Below are positions 1-9,380 of a stretch of DNA of 64,000 bases, piece after piece. The DNA comes from a bacterium (GTDB taxonomy: Bacteria > Patescibacteriota > Minisyncoccia > UBA6257 > HR35). The stretch covers positions 6,489 through 70,488 of the forward strand of contig JBEQAR010000003.1 in the NCBI GenBank assembly GCA_041640295.1, read 5' to 3'. The translations under genes were made by a program, and so were the position numbers. The notes under the pieces were generated by a model that was given only the letters and a program-made list of their open reading frames with translations, was not told the origin of the DNA and did no database searches. Position 1 is the first letter of the stretch. Each line of letters starts with the position of its first letter.

Positions 1-140
1 TTTAAATAACCAGAACTACCACCTGAATCGGCAACGGTTACAATAGCAGTCAATCTTTTAATTAATTTACCATAATCATCCTTTAAGCCAGTTAAAATAT
101 TAGACAAACCAGTACCACCTCCCAATATTACTATTTTCAT
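1..140 (-). CDS. N-terminal fragment of a YvcK/CofD-like (UPF0052, gluconeogenesis factor family) protein. The gene continues beyond the window edge.
   Basis: Reverse-strand translation from ATG at 138-140 gives [46 protein letters not shown]. The GGGTGLS ... [14 protein letters not shown] motifs are typical of YvcK/CofD. Confidence 0.6.
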   Translation of the reverse strand, partial: MKIVILGGGTGLSNILTGLKDDYGKLIKRLTAIVTVADSGGSSGYL

Positions 141-336
141 TTTTAATATATGATTTTATTATATTATTCGCCCTTTATTTAAAATTCGATTTTATTATTA
201 TAAATTTTACTATTTATATTCTAAAAATAAAAACCTCTTCAAAATAAGAACTAAAGCAACAAAAATATTTATATCTTGACTATCTTTCTTTAAATGATAT
301 AATTTAAATGTATTTTAAATAAGTATTAAATTAAAA

Positions 337-1551
337 ATGGTAAGGGTAAAAATTGAACAACAAATAGAAATTATTAAGCGGAAAACAGCTAAAATAATAA
401 CCGAAGAGGAGTTAAGAGAAAAACTTGAGTTTTGTTACAAAAAAAATAAAAAACTCAGAGTAAAATTAGGAATTGACCCAACTGCAACTGATATTCATTT
501 AGGTTTTGCTTTTGTTTTAAAAAAATTAAAAGAATTCCAACAATTAGGACATAAGGCTATTTTAGTTATCGGAGACTTCACTGCTAAAATAGGTGATCCA
601 AGTGGTAGAAATATTACTCGCCCGATATTGACTGATCGGGAAATTAAAAAAAATTTATCTACTTATCTTAAGCAAATTTTTAAAATTTTAGATAAAAATA
701 AAACTGAGGTAAGGTACAATTCTGAATGGTTGACTAAATTAAATTTTAAAGACATCTTAGAAATTTTCTCTAAAATAACAATTCAAAAAATAATTGAACG
801 CGAAGATTTTCAAAAAAGATTAAAAGATAATAATCCAGTTTTTCTTCATGAAACTATTTATCCTTTAGTCCAAGCTTATGACAGTGTTTATCTTAAGGCT
901 GATATTGAATTAGGAGGTAGTGATCAAGAGTTAAATTGTTTAATGGGTAGAGAATTGCAAACAAAATTTAATCAATCTCCTCAAGTGATTATTTTAACGC
1001 CACTATTAATTGGTTTAGATGGAAAAAACAAAATGAGCAAAAGTTTAAAAAACTACATTGGTATTACAGAAAAACCCGAAGAAATGTTCGGTAAGGTTAT
1101 GAGTATTTCTGATGAATTATTGCCTCAATGGTTAGAATTAACTACTGAATTAAGCGAAAAGGAAATCAAAGAAATACTTAATCTTCATCCAATGGAAGCT
1201 AAAAAAAGATTAGCTTATGAAATTGTTAAATACTACCACAATGAAAAATTAGCAAATTTAGCCCTCAATCAATTTGAACAAACCTTTCAAAAAAAAGATT
1301 ACGAAGCATTAGCTAAAGAAATTATTTTAAGTTCGGAAATTAAAAACTTACCCTTAATCGAAATCCTGACTCAATCAAATTTAGTCAAATCAAAATCAGA
1401 AGCTCGAAGATTAATCGAACAAGGAGCAATAGAAATTAACTATCGAAAGGTTATTGTTCAAGATAATATTAATAACTTAAAAATTAATCTTAATACTAAT
1501 GATTTATTAAGGATAGGCAAGAAAAATTTTTATAAGTTAATTATCAAATAA
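337..1551 (+). CDS. tyrS: Tyrosyl-tRNA synthetase
   Basis: Class I aaRS HIGH-like motif (GIDPTATDIHLGF) and a KMSKS motif are present. IGDPSGR is also present. The C-terminal S4-like domain (SEARRLIEQGAIEINYRKV) fits TyrRS. 404 aa. Confidence 0.9.
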   Translation: MVRVKIEQQIEIIKRKTAKIITEEELREKLEFCYKKNKKLRVKLGIDPTATDIHLGFAFVLKKLKEFQQLGHKAILVIGDFTAKIGDPSGRNITRPILTDREIKKNLSTYLKQIFKILDKNKTEVRYNSEWLTKLNFKDILEIFSKITIQKIIEREDFQKRLKDNNPVFLHETIYPLVQAYDSVYLKADIELGGSDQELNCLMGRELQTKFNQSPQVIILTPLLIGLDGKNKMSKSLKNYIGITEKPEEMFGKVMSISDELLPQWLELTTELSEKEIKEILNLHPMEAKKRLAYEIVKYYHNEKLANLALNQFEQTFQKKDYEALAKEIILSSEIKNLPLIEILTQSNLVKSKSEARRLIEQGAIEINYRKVIVQDNINNLKINLNTNDLLRIGKKNFYKLIIK

Positions 1552-1552
1552 T

Positions 1553-2692
1553 TTACCGATTATCACCTCGGGAACCAAAATTTCTTAAGACAATCTCTTG
1601 ATCATTGTCATCGACGGTGCCATTAAAATTTAAATCAACTCGAGGATTATTTCGCCAATCACTTGTTTGACCAAAAGCAAAGAGAATATTTAATAAGTCA
1701 CTATCATCAATAATATTATCATTATTAGTATCACCATAAGTTAAATCAATATTTACTTGATTATTATTTTGAAGATATGTCCTTTTACTTAAAAAGTGTG
1801 GCATAGAGATAAAGGCTTGGGGTTGATTACAATCATAGGGTAAATCAGTAAGATTAATTACACTTCCTAAACTATAATTAGAATTGGGATAATTAAAACT
1901 TCTACCATCAGTACATCTAATATCAATATTTAAATTTTGAGGTGGGGTATTAGTATTATTTGATAAATCATTTGAATTAATTCTTAAAGAATAATTAGCT
2001 GGACCAACTGAACCATAAGCACCAAAATTCCTTAAAACTATTTGTTGATCTATATTATCTACTAAACCATCCAAATTAACATCTGGTCTTTTAGCGCTGG
2101 AAGTTGAATAAGGCCAGTTGTTTCCAAAATTAAATAATACTTCTAATAAATCGGAATCATCAATCATATTATTTTTATCAACATCACCTGCTTTAAAGAA
2201 AACATCTTGAGGGTTACGACTACTAGTGCTTGTTAAATATACATAAACACTAAGATAATGAGGAATATTCAATAAAACTGCTGGTCTATCGCAATCGTCA
2301 GATAATGTAATTTGTGTGGTATCATATGAACGAACACCTCTTGCTCTTATACCTTCTCTTCTTTGATCATCGCAATATAAATCTCCATCCATTCTTTGTT
2401 CAGGTACTGAAGTTGCTCTTTCTTGTTCAATTCCCTCCAAAATTACTCTAAGATAATAAATTGGTCCACCAGCTACATTAAAATCTCCTGTATTGTTTCC
2501 TTGTTGATTGTTTGAATTATTATTGTTGTTTTGATTATTTGTTTGGTTAGATTGATTGTTTTGTTGATAAATTTGATTATATTGTTGAACTTGATTGTTA
2601 TTTATGGGTGGTTTTTGATTTAAGGCTTGATTTTGACCTAAAAGTAAATTAGAAAGAAGTAATAAAAACATAATTAAAGTATTTAAATCCAT
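1553..2692 (-). CDS. Secreted protein with a Q/N-rich low-complexity region and four dockerin-type (EF-hand-like) Ca-binding repeats
   Basis: N-terminal signal-like hydrophobic segment. Long Q/N-rich tract. Repeats DVDKNNMIDDSDLLEVLFNFG, DVNLDGLVDNIDQQIVLRNFG, GDTNNDNIIDDSDLLNILFAFG and DLNFNGTVDDNDQEIVLRNFG match the dockerin type I consensus. Confidence 0.55.
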   Translation of the reverse strand: MDLNTLIMFLLLLSNLLLGQNQALNQKPPINNNQVQQYNQIYQQNNQSNQTNNQNNNNNSNNQQGNNTGDFNVAGGPIYYLRVILEGIEQERATSVPEQRMDGDLYCDDQRREGIRARGVRSYDTTQITLSDDCDRPAVLLNIPHYLSVYVYLTSTSSRNPQDVFFKAGDVDKNNMIDDSDLLEVLFNFGNNWPYSTSSAKRPDVNLDGLVDNIDQQIVLRNFGAYGSVGPANYSLRINSNDLSNNTNTPPQNLNIDIRCTDGRSFNYPNSNYSLGSVINLTDLPYDCNQPQAFISMPHFLSKRTYLQNNNQVNIDLTYGDTNNDNIIDDSDLLNILFAFGQTSDWRNNPRVDLNFNGTVDDNDQEIVLRNFGSRGDNR

Positions 2693-2805
2693 GGTAATTT
2701 AATTAAACAAAATAATTCTAATTAAGATTATTTTGGCTATCTAATTTAAATTTTAATCTTTCGACTATTTTAATTTTCGACCTTATGTTTAATTTTATCA
2801 TACTT

Positions 2806-4074
2806 TTAAAATTTTTCAAACAAAAAGATTAGAGGGTCAAAAAACCCGAATTTATCGGGGTTATGTGGGGTATAGCCATAACATTCTGTGGGTTTTTTAT
2901 CTATATTACAAATAGCTTTCTTTGGACTTCCTAAAACTGGTTTTATTTTAATTTCCAAGTGTAAATGAATATCCAATGGAGTATTTTTATTACAACCATC
3001 TTCACCAATTCGCCAATAATTACAACCATAACCAGTTGCACCAACTTTGCCAAGAATCTGGCCAGCCTTAACAAAATCTCCTTCTTTAATATCCGGATTA
3101 ATTTCAGCCATATGACCATAAAGAGCGTATAACGTCTGCAGTTTTGGCGAGCGAGGCTCGGGTAGGCTGTGGGCGTATGTTTGAGCCGAAGCATTAGCGG
3201 AGACCAAACTGGCGCGCTGAGCGAGCCAAATTGTAGACGTATTTGAGTTTATCTCCATAATCACTGTATTCCCCAAACCATGATCTCCTTCGCCATTTTT
3301 TACAACTTTGACAATCCTACCATCAGCAACAGCGTAAACATTTAAATCTTTAGCCTGAAACACTGGAGCTAAATCAATACCAGCATGTTGAATATAATCA
3401 ATTTGTCTATCTTCTGAATAAGTATAATTTGTTCTCAAGGGATTATTAAATCTCTGACGAATAAAAAATTCTTTAATATTAACTGGCTGATGAAATCCTT
3501 CTTTAATTTTAAAATTTTTAAAGGTTATATAGCTTATTATTAAATCTCCTGTTTTGACCAATTTAAAAAATTCTTTAGCATAGTCTGTTTCTAAACGAAT
3601 ACAACCACCAGTAAAATTTGAATCTACTTTTTGACCATTAAAATAATAAGGAATTTCGTGGACAAAAAAATCTTCATACATCTGAACAGCATAATTCATA
3701 TAAACAGGAAATAACGATGATATATGCTTTTCCTTTTTTACGCCGATCCGGAAATAACCCGTTGGTGTTTGATACCATTTTCCATAAGGAGCCTGATAAG
3801 CAATTGGAATTATTTTTTTAAGCTCTCCATCTTCAAAAAAATAAATTTTGTTATCTGTTAAATCAACTTCAAAAATTCTTTTTTCTAGAATTTTGGGTTT
3901 CAAATAAGAAAAACCCGCTTTTGGAATATAAAAATCTTTTTTATTATTAGCGCCAAAATCATAAACTATATGCTTCTCTAGCAAATTAATATTAAATTCT
4001 TTTTCTAAGATTAATAAAGATGAAAATATTAAAAGTATTGTTAAAATTATTAAGATTAAAAAATTTTTTATCAT
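2806..4074 (-). CDS. Cell-wall enzyme fusing an L,D-transpeptidase (YkuD-like) domain with an M23 (LytM) metallopeptidase domain
   Basis: GGCIRL catalytic motif of L,D-transpeptidases. M23 motifs HAGIDLA (HxxxD) and DIHLHLE (HxH), plus YGHM. N-terminal TM/signal anchor. Confidence 0.7.
   Translation of the reverse strand: MIKNFLILIILTILLIFSSLLILEKEFNINLLEKHIVYDFGANNKKDFYIPKAGFSYLKPKILEKRIFEVDLTDNKIYFFEDGELKKIIPIAYQAPYGKWYQTPTGYFRIGVKKEKHISSLFPVYMNYAVQMYEDFFVHEIPYYFNGQKVDSNFTGGCIRLETDYAKEFFKLVKTGDLIISYITFKNFKIKEGFHQPVNIKEFFIRQRFNNPLRTNYTYSEDRQIDYIQHAGIDLAPVFQAKDLNVYAVADGRIVKVVKNGEGDHGLGNTVIMEINSNTSTIWLAQRASLVSANASAQTYAHSLPEPRSPKLQTLYALYGHMAEINPDIKEGDFVKAGQILGKVGATGYGCNYWRIGEDGCNKNTPLDIHLHLEIKIKPVLGSPKKAICNIDKKPTECYGYTPHNPDKFGFFDPLIFLFEKF
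3132..3240. repeat. GC-rich insertion of about 109 bp, in frame inside the M23 domain, bounded by imperfect terminal inverted repeats (acgtctgcag / tgtagacgt)
   Basis: Local GC is well above the flanks. It encodes about 34 extra residues between two conserved M23 blocks (a 5-aa loop in S. aureus LytM). The two ends are reverse complements at about 17 of 20 positions. Confidence 0.4.
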
Positions 4075-4155
4075 ATTTAAGAAATTTTATTAAAAATTAT
4101 TTATGGTTATTTTTTTATTATATATTAATTAACTATATAATACATAATTTAAAAA

Positions 4156-5319
4156 ATGAAGATTTTCGATAGGCTTTATGGAGAAATAATTTTTGAAAAC
4201 TATGAAAGCGAACTTTTCCATTTTCCAGAATTAATCAGGTTAAAAAGAATTTCACAATCAACTGTTCCATCACTTTTTTTACCAACCTCAATTTGTGCTT
4301 CTAGATTTGAACACTCTGTGGGTGTTGCTTATTTAGCAAAAAAGCTTTGCCAAATTAAAAAAGAATTTAAACCATTAAGTAAAGAATTATATTTTGCTTC
4401 TCTACTGCATGATGTTGGAACTCCACCCTTTACTCACTTAACCGAAAGATATATGAGCGAAAAATTGGGTAAAAACCACGAAGAAAGAGCTAGAAAAATT
4501 ATTTTTAGTAGCAAAATTAAAGATTTTCTAATAAAAAACAAAACATCACCACAAAAGATTAGTGATTTAATTGAGGGTAAGGGTGGATTCCTGTCGGAAA
4601 TTATTAATAGCTCGCTTGATATTGATAATTTAGATAATCTTTTAAGGTTTGGCTTTAGCACCGGATGCTATACTCAAAATCCTTACAATCCGCTAACTAT
4701 AATAAAGGCTATATATCTAAAAAGAAATAAGTTAGTATTAGTAGAAAGAGATGTTCATCTGAGAAATGAACTTTCTGCTTGGGAAAGATGGCGGAAGTTT
4801 ATCTATGGATTTATTCATTCTGACACTAATTTAATACCATACATGATGTTAGAAAGAGCAATTAGTCTTGCTTACTTTAAAAATCAAATTAAAGATAGTT
4901 TTTTTGAATTTACCGATGATGAAGCAATTAATTATTTGTTATATAAAACAAATCCGAAAACAAGAGCTATTATTGAAGATTTAATTAAATGGAATTTTTA
5001 TAAAACAATTTTTAGAAAAAAGATTTTCCAAATAAAAGATAAACACCTAACTTTAATAAAAAAAGAACCGAGTTTTCAGTTTAAAATGGCTAATGAATTA
5101 AGCTCAATTTTAAAAATTCCTCAAGAAAAAATCTCACTTTATTTTGGTTTAAATGAAGCTTTTAGAATTATTCATTATCCAATTATATCAGGCAATAAGT
5201 TGATAAATTATAAAAGTAAATTAAAAAATTTTCTTTTAATTTCTGTCTGCATTCATCCTGATTTCTATCTGACCAAAAACAAAAATAAGATTGAAAATTA
5301 CTTAAAACATTTCTTATAA
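4156..5319 (+). CDS. HD-domain phosphohydrolase (dGTPase/SAMHD1-like)
   Basis: H...HD motif: HSVGVAYLAKKL ... SLLHDVGTPPFTH. 387 aa. Confidence 0.6.
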   Translation: MKIFDRLYGEIIFENYESELFHFPELIRLKRISQSTVPSLFLPTSICASRFEHSVGVAYLAKKLCQIKKEFKPLSKELYFASLLHDVGTPPFTHLTERYMSEKLGKNHEERARKIIFSSKIKDFLIKNKTSPQKISDLIEGKGGFLSEIINSSLDIDNLDNLLRFGFSTGCYTQNPYNPLTIIKAIYLKRNKLVLVERDVHLRNELSAWERWRKFIYGFIHSDTNLIPYMMLERAISLAYFKNQIKDSFFEFTDDEAINYLLYKTNPKTRAIIEDLIKWNFYKTIFRKKIFQIKDKHLTLIKKEPSFQFKMANELSSILKIPQEKISLYFGLNEAFRIIHYPIISGNKLINYKSKLKNFLLISVCIHPDFYLTKNKNKIENYLKHFL

Positions 5320-5432
5320 ATCAATAAATCTCAATAGTATAGTGAATAATATAATTAAATTCATAATCTTTGATTTTTGAACTTTTGTTTTATAATAACT
5401 TAAATACTTTAAATAATAAAAATTAGATTAAA

Positions 5433-5960
5433 ATGAAGAAAATTGCTTTTATAATTGCTAAGCGAAATTTTAGAGATAGAGAATTTTTTGTACCGGAAGA
5501 GATTTTGAAAAATGCTGGCCATCAAATTGTTGTTGTAAGTAATACCCAAAAAGGTGAAAAAGCTATCGGCGCTGATGGTGGTGAAATAACTGTTGATCTG
5601 GAATTAGAAAATTTAAATCCTGAAGATTTCGATATGGTTGTTTTTGTTGGTGGCCCTGGGGCTTTAGAAAATTTAGATAATGAAGTTAGCTATAGAATTG
5701 CCCAAAAAACTGTTGAGTTAAAGAAAAAATTAGCAGCGATTTGTATTGCCCCAACAATTTTAGCTAAGGCTGGGGTTTTGAAGGGAAAGAAAGCAACCTG
5801 TTGGTCAAGCGAAGAAAACAAAAAGCCAATCGAAGTTTTAAAAGAAAATGGCGCTGACTATACTGGCGAGGATGTTGTTCGTGATGGTGATTTAGTAACT
5901 GCCAATGGTCCACAATCTGCTGAAAAATTTGGTAAAATATTATTAGAAGTTTTGAAGTAA
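5433..5960 (+). CDS. DJ-1/PfpI family protein (class I glutamine amidotransferase-like fold)
   Basis: Nucleophile-elbow Cys in AAICIAPTILAKAGVL. Size 175 aa. GGPGA motif. Confidence 0.7.
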   Translation: MKKIAFIIAKRNFRDREFFVPEEILKNAGHQIVVVSNTQKGEKAIGADGGEITVDLELENLNPEDFDMVVFVGGPGALENLDNEVSYRIAQKTVELKKKLAAICIAPTILAKAGVLKGKKATCWSSEENKKPIEVLKENGADYTGEDVVRDGDLVTANGPQSAEKFGKILLEVLK

Positions 5961-6000
5961 TTGAAGATAAGTATTGCACTCTATAAAAATATTGATTTAG

Positions 6001-6090
6001 ATTCCGGGGTAGGCGTGCCTGCCTTTGCCTATCGGCAGACAAGGGCAGGCAGGGTTTATTCGCCAATAGGCGAAAACGCGCGGCTGTATA
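6001..6090. other. GC-rich (about 60%) structured intergenic element with nested hairpins. Possible small ncRNA or recombination-site remnant.
   Basis: Stems cctgcc/ggcagg, tgcc-tatc-ggca and ttcgcc-aata-ggcgaa. It starts with the 12-mer attccggggtag, which is identical to the 5' end of tRNA-Asn at 6332-6343. Confidence 0.3.
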
Positions 6091-6103
6091 ATATAAAATT
6101 AAA

Positions 6104-6343
6104 ATGAATTATTACGTGTATGTTTTGAGAAGTTTGAAAACAGGGAAGCATTATATAGGTATAAGCAAAAATCCAGAGAAGAGACTAAAAGAGCATAACA
6201 AAGGGGATAGTAAATTTACGAAAGGTCATAGACCGTGGGTTTTAGTTTATAAAGAGTTTGTTGGCAATAGATTAAAAGCTAGAGCAAAAGAAAAAGAATT
6301 GAAAAGGTCATACGCAAAACGAAAAAATTTTATTCCGGGGTAG
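6104..6343 (+). CDS. GIY-YIG nuclease superfamily protein (UPF0213/YhbQ-like)
   Basis: MNYYVYVLRSLKTGKHYIGISKNPEKRLKEHNKG is a canonical GIY-YIG N-terminus. 79 aa. Its stop codon overlaps the first bases of tRNA-Asn. Confidence 0.7.
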   Translation: MNYYVYVLRSLKTGKHYIGISKNPEKRLKEHNKGDSKFTKGHRPWVLVYKEFVGNRLKARAKEKELKRSYAKRKNFIPG

Positions 6344-6405
6344 TTCAGTGGTAGAACGCCTGGCTGTTAACCAGGATGTCGCAGGTTCGAATCCTGCCCC
6401 CGGAG
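6334..6405 (+). tRNA. tRNA-Asn (anticodon GTT)
   Basis: Cloverleaf read by eye: acceptor tccgggg/ccccgga, anticodon stem cctgg/ccagg with loop ctGTTaa, T-arm gcagg-ttcgaat-cctgc. No encoded CCA. Confidence 0.85.
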
Positions 6406-6520
6406 CACAGAAGAATAATTTTCACTCTCTTTCTCAAAATCCCTATTAATTTCTACATTTTTCTCACTTTTTGCTGGTTCGAATGAGGTTTATTTTTGAA
6501 ATTTTGTTAAAATAAGAGTA

Positions 6521-6925
6521 ATGGATGATTGTGTGTTTTGTAAAATTGTTCGAGGAGAGGAGCCAGCAAGAGTAATCTATGAAAATGAGGATGTTATATG
6601 TTTTTTGCCGAAAAAAATCGGAGTTTATGGGTATACTTTAGTTGTGCCGAGAAAACATTTTCAAGATCTTTATGATATTCCTGAAGAACTGTTGTGCGAA
6701 TTAATCAAAGTTGCTCAATTTTTAACCAAAGAATATAAAACAAAAATTGGAGCTACAGGAATGAATGTTTTGCACGCCAGCGGTAAAGATGGTCAACAGT
6801 CTGTATTTCACTTTCACTTCCATTTATTTCCAAGATTTAAAGATGATGGTTTAGACACTTGGCCTCAATTGCCCAAAAAAGATTTTGATGCAGATGAGAT
6901 GTGGCAAAAATTAAAAATAACATAA
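6521..6925 (+). CDS. HIT (histidine triad) family nucleotide hydrolase
   Basis: HFHFHLFP histidine-triad motif near the C-terminus. 134 aa. Confidence 0.8.
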   Translation: MDDCVFCKIVRGEEPARVIYENEDVICFLPKKIGVYGYTLVVPRKHFQDLYDIPEELLCELIKVAQFLTKEYKTKIGATGMNVLHASGKDGQQSVFHFHFHLFPRFKDDGLDTWPQLPKKDFDADEMWQKLKIT

Positions 6926-6928
6926 GTA

Positions 6929-7963
6929 ATGCGTTTAATAAAACCACCAAAATTAGAGATAGGAGATACTATCGGTTTAATAAGTCCTTCTGCTCCGCTT
7001 GCAGGTTTGGTCCCCCATCGAGCTCACAAGGCTATCAAAACTTTAGAGAGTATAGGTTTTAAAGTTAAGGTTGGCAAGAACGCTTTAAAAGTTGCAGGAT
7101 ATACAGCTGGTTATGCTAAAGAAAGAGCCGAAGACATAAATTCTTTTTTTAAAGACAAAGAAGTTAAAGCAATAATTTGTTTTATGGGCGGGAATCATTC
7201 TAATCAACTCTTGCAATACATAGATTTCGATTTAGTCAAAAAGAATCCGAAAATTTTTGTTGGTTATTCTGATGCTACTGTTTTGCATTTCGCTTTTTAT
7301 ACCCAAAGTAATTTAGTAACATTTTATGGACCGGCTGCTCTTACTCAATTTGCCGAAAATCCAAGAATACTTAAATATACTGAAGAATATTTCAAAAAAG
7401 CTGTGATGGACAATAAGCTTGTAGGTAAAATCACACCTTCTTCTTATTGGACAGATGAAATTCTTGATTGGTTTGAAAAAGCAGATCTTAAACGGCCACG
7501 AAAGATGAGGAAAAACAAAGGCTGGAAATGGTTAAAAAAAGGAAAAGCAGAAGGTCCAATTTTAGGAGGTTGTATTACTTCAATGATGCACTTACGAGGA
7601 ACAAAATATTGGCCTGATTTTAAAGGTTCAATTTTCTTTTGGGAGATCCCAGAAAGTGATTGTGATTTTACTAAAGGAGAAAAAATAGAAAATGTTGATT
7701 CTTATTTAACTGATTTAGAATTGTCCGGTGTTTTTAAAAATATAAAAGCTATGATTGTGGGCAGATTTTTTGGCTATTCAGAAAAAGAAAGAAAGCAACT
7801 TGTAGAAATAATTAAAAGAAGAACTGCTAAGTACAGATTTCCAGTCTTGATGAATGTTGATATCGGACATACTGATCCAATAATTACTGTCCCCCTTGGT
7901 ATGAAATGTAGAATTGACTCTTACCAAAATCTTTTTGAGATCAAAGAAAGCGGAGTAATTTAA
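6929..7963 (+). CDS. LD-carboxypeptidase (peptidase S66, LdcA/MccF-like)
   Basis: GYSDATVLH serine nucleophile motif. About 340 aa. It sits in an operon with the HIT gene. Confidence 0.7.
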   Translation: MRLIKPPKLEIGDTIGLISPSAPLAGLVPHRAHKAIKTLESIGFKVKVGKNALKVAGYTAGYAKERAEDINSFFKDKEVKAIICFMGGNHSNQLLQYIDFDLVKKNPKIFVGYSDATVLHFAFYTQSNLVTFYGPAALTQFAENPRILKYTEEYFKKAVMDNKLVGKITPSSYWTDEILDWFEKADLKRPRKMRKNKGWKWLKKGKAEGPILGGCITSMMHLRGTKYWPDFKGSIFFWEIPESDCDFTKGEKIENVDSYLTDLELSGVFKNIKAMIVGRFFGYSEKERKQLVEIIKRRTAKYRFPVLMNVDIGHTDPIITVPLGMKCRIDSYQNLFEIKESGVI

Positions 7964-8276
7964 AATCAACGCAGTCACAAAATATTCTTATTTTAGACAG
8001 ATAAAAAATTGAGAAATATATCAATTTGTTTTCAGGGAGGATGTTTTTGAAGTATAATGAAGGGGCAGTATTTAAGTTTTTACTAATCAACTAAATAAAA
8101 ATGATCAAACTAAAAATTAATCAAAAAGCTCCAGATTTTAAGTAAGAATTAGCACTGACTCTGTTGAATCTCGTATGATAAGATATGTTACAATTAATTT
8201 ATAACAATAACCATCATGCTAAAAATTTACTCAAAAAAGGAAGTTTTTAAATTAGTTAGAGAAAACTTAATAAAAA

Positions 8277-9380
8277 TTGATTATGTATAACTCTAAAAAT
8301 TTACCTTTAAGCCCAAAGAAAATAATTAAAAAAACAATAGCTAGGTTTTTTCAGCTTTTCCCTGCATTGGTTTTGTTTACAATTATATTACTTGTTCTAA
8401 CTATTTCTTATTTATATAAAGAAGAAACATATAATGAGATACAAAATCAATTTATTGAAAATTTAGCTTTAATAATTGCAGTTCTTATTACGTTTTTAGC
8501 AATAATTGCTATACTCATTTATGAATATTTTTACTATAAGCTTTATTTTTATGAATTTACCGAAGAAAGAGGTGTTGTCAGAAAAGGAGTAATTAGCCAA
8601 GCAACTGGTTATGTTAATTACGATAAATTACAAAATGTTTATGTTGATCAGGACATTTTAGATCGTATTTTCGGTCTTTATGATGTTCATTATGAAACTG
8701 CCGGAGAAACTTCTGGTTTTTATTCCCATGTTGATGGTTTGAATAAAGAAAATGCTGAGAAATTAGTTGCTTTTTTAGAAAAGAAGCTGAGAGATAGGCA
8801 AGGAAAATCAAAAAAAGAAGATGAGGTTATTAAATCAGAAAATTCTGAAATAGAAAGCTTTAAAGAGAAAGTTAACGAGGAAGAAATTTCTATAAATCAA
8901 TATCCACTTTCAAAGTTTGTAGTTATTACCCATTCAATAATTTTTTTTATAAGTGGCACAATTTCTTTATTAATTTTGCTTTTTACTATTTGGGGAGGTA
9001 TATTTTTATTTGGTGGATATTTACTGCGATTGTCTTTTAGTTTATTTTTAATGATTCTTGTGATAAATTTTATTTTAAGTTTAATTGGAGCTCTAATCTG
9101 GTACAAAAATTTTTATTTTCGATTTGATAAAGATAGAGGAGAAATTAGAAGTAAAGTAATTGGACAATCAATTTCTTATCTTTATTATGATAAAATTCAA
9201 AATGTTAATATATCTCAAGGTTTTTTAGGAAGAATTTTGGGAATTTATACGATAATAATCGAAACAGCTGGTGAATCGGCGTGGAATAGGTTAATTATTG
9301 ATGGTCTTACTAAGGAAAGCGCAGAAAAAATTAAAGATTTTCTTTTAAATAAAGCTAAATATTACCGTAATCAATTATAG
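8277..9380 (+). CDS. Membrane protein with two bacterial PH (bPH_2/YdbT-like) domain repeats
   Basis: Two repeats of a TM hairpin followed by (E)ERG.(V/I)R.GVI..... YDKLQNV motifs (FTEERGVVRKGVIS...YDKLQNVYV and DKDRGEIRSKVIGQ...YDKIQNVNI). Confidence 0.5.
   Translation: MIMYNSKNLPLSPKKIIKKTIARFFQLFPALVLFTIILLVLTISYLYKEETYNEIQNQFIENLALIIAVLITFLAIIAILIYEYFYYKLYFYEFTEERGVVRKGVISQATGYVNYDKLQNVYVDQDILDRIFGLYDVHYETAGETSGFYSHVDGLNKENAEKLVAFLEKKLRDRQGKSKKEDEVIKSENSEIESFKEKVNEEEISINQYPLSKFVVITHSIIFFISGTISLLILLFTIWGGIFLFGGYLLRLSFSLFLMILVINFILSLIGALIWYKNFYFRFDKDRGEIRSKVIGQSISYLYYDKIQNVNISQGFLGRILGIYTIIIETAGESAWNRLIIDGLTKESAEKIKDFLLNKAKYYRNQL

Noticed and set aside
2943-3194. 83-aa ORF on the minus strand inside the M23/LDT gene
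   Set aside because: Fully embedded in a longer ORF with clear domain content. Its hydrophobic, low-complexity translation is typical of an AT-rich frame artefact.
5764-6066. 100-aa minus-strand ORF spanning the end of the DJ-1 gene and the GC-rich element
   Set aside because: Overlaps a well-supported gene. Its translation is driven by the GC-rich hairpin sequence. No motif.
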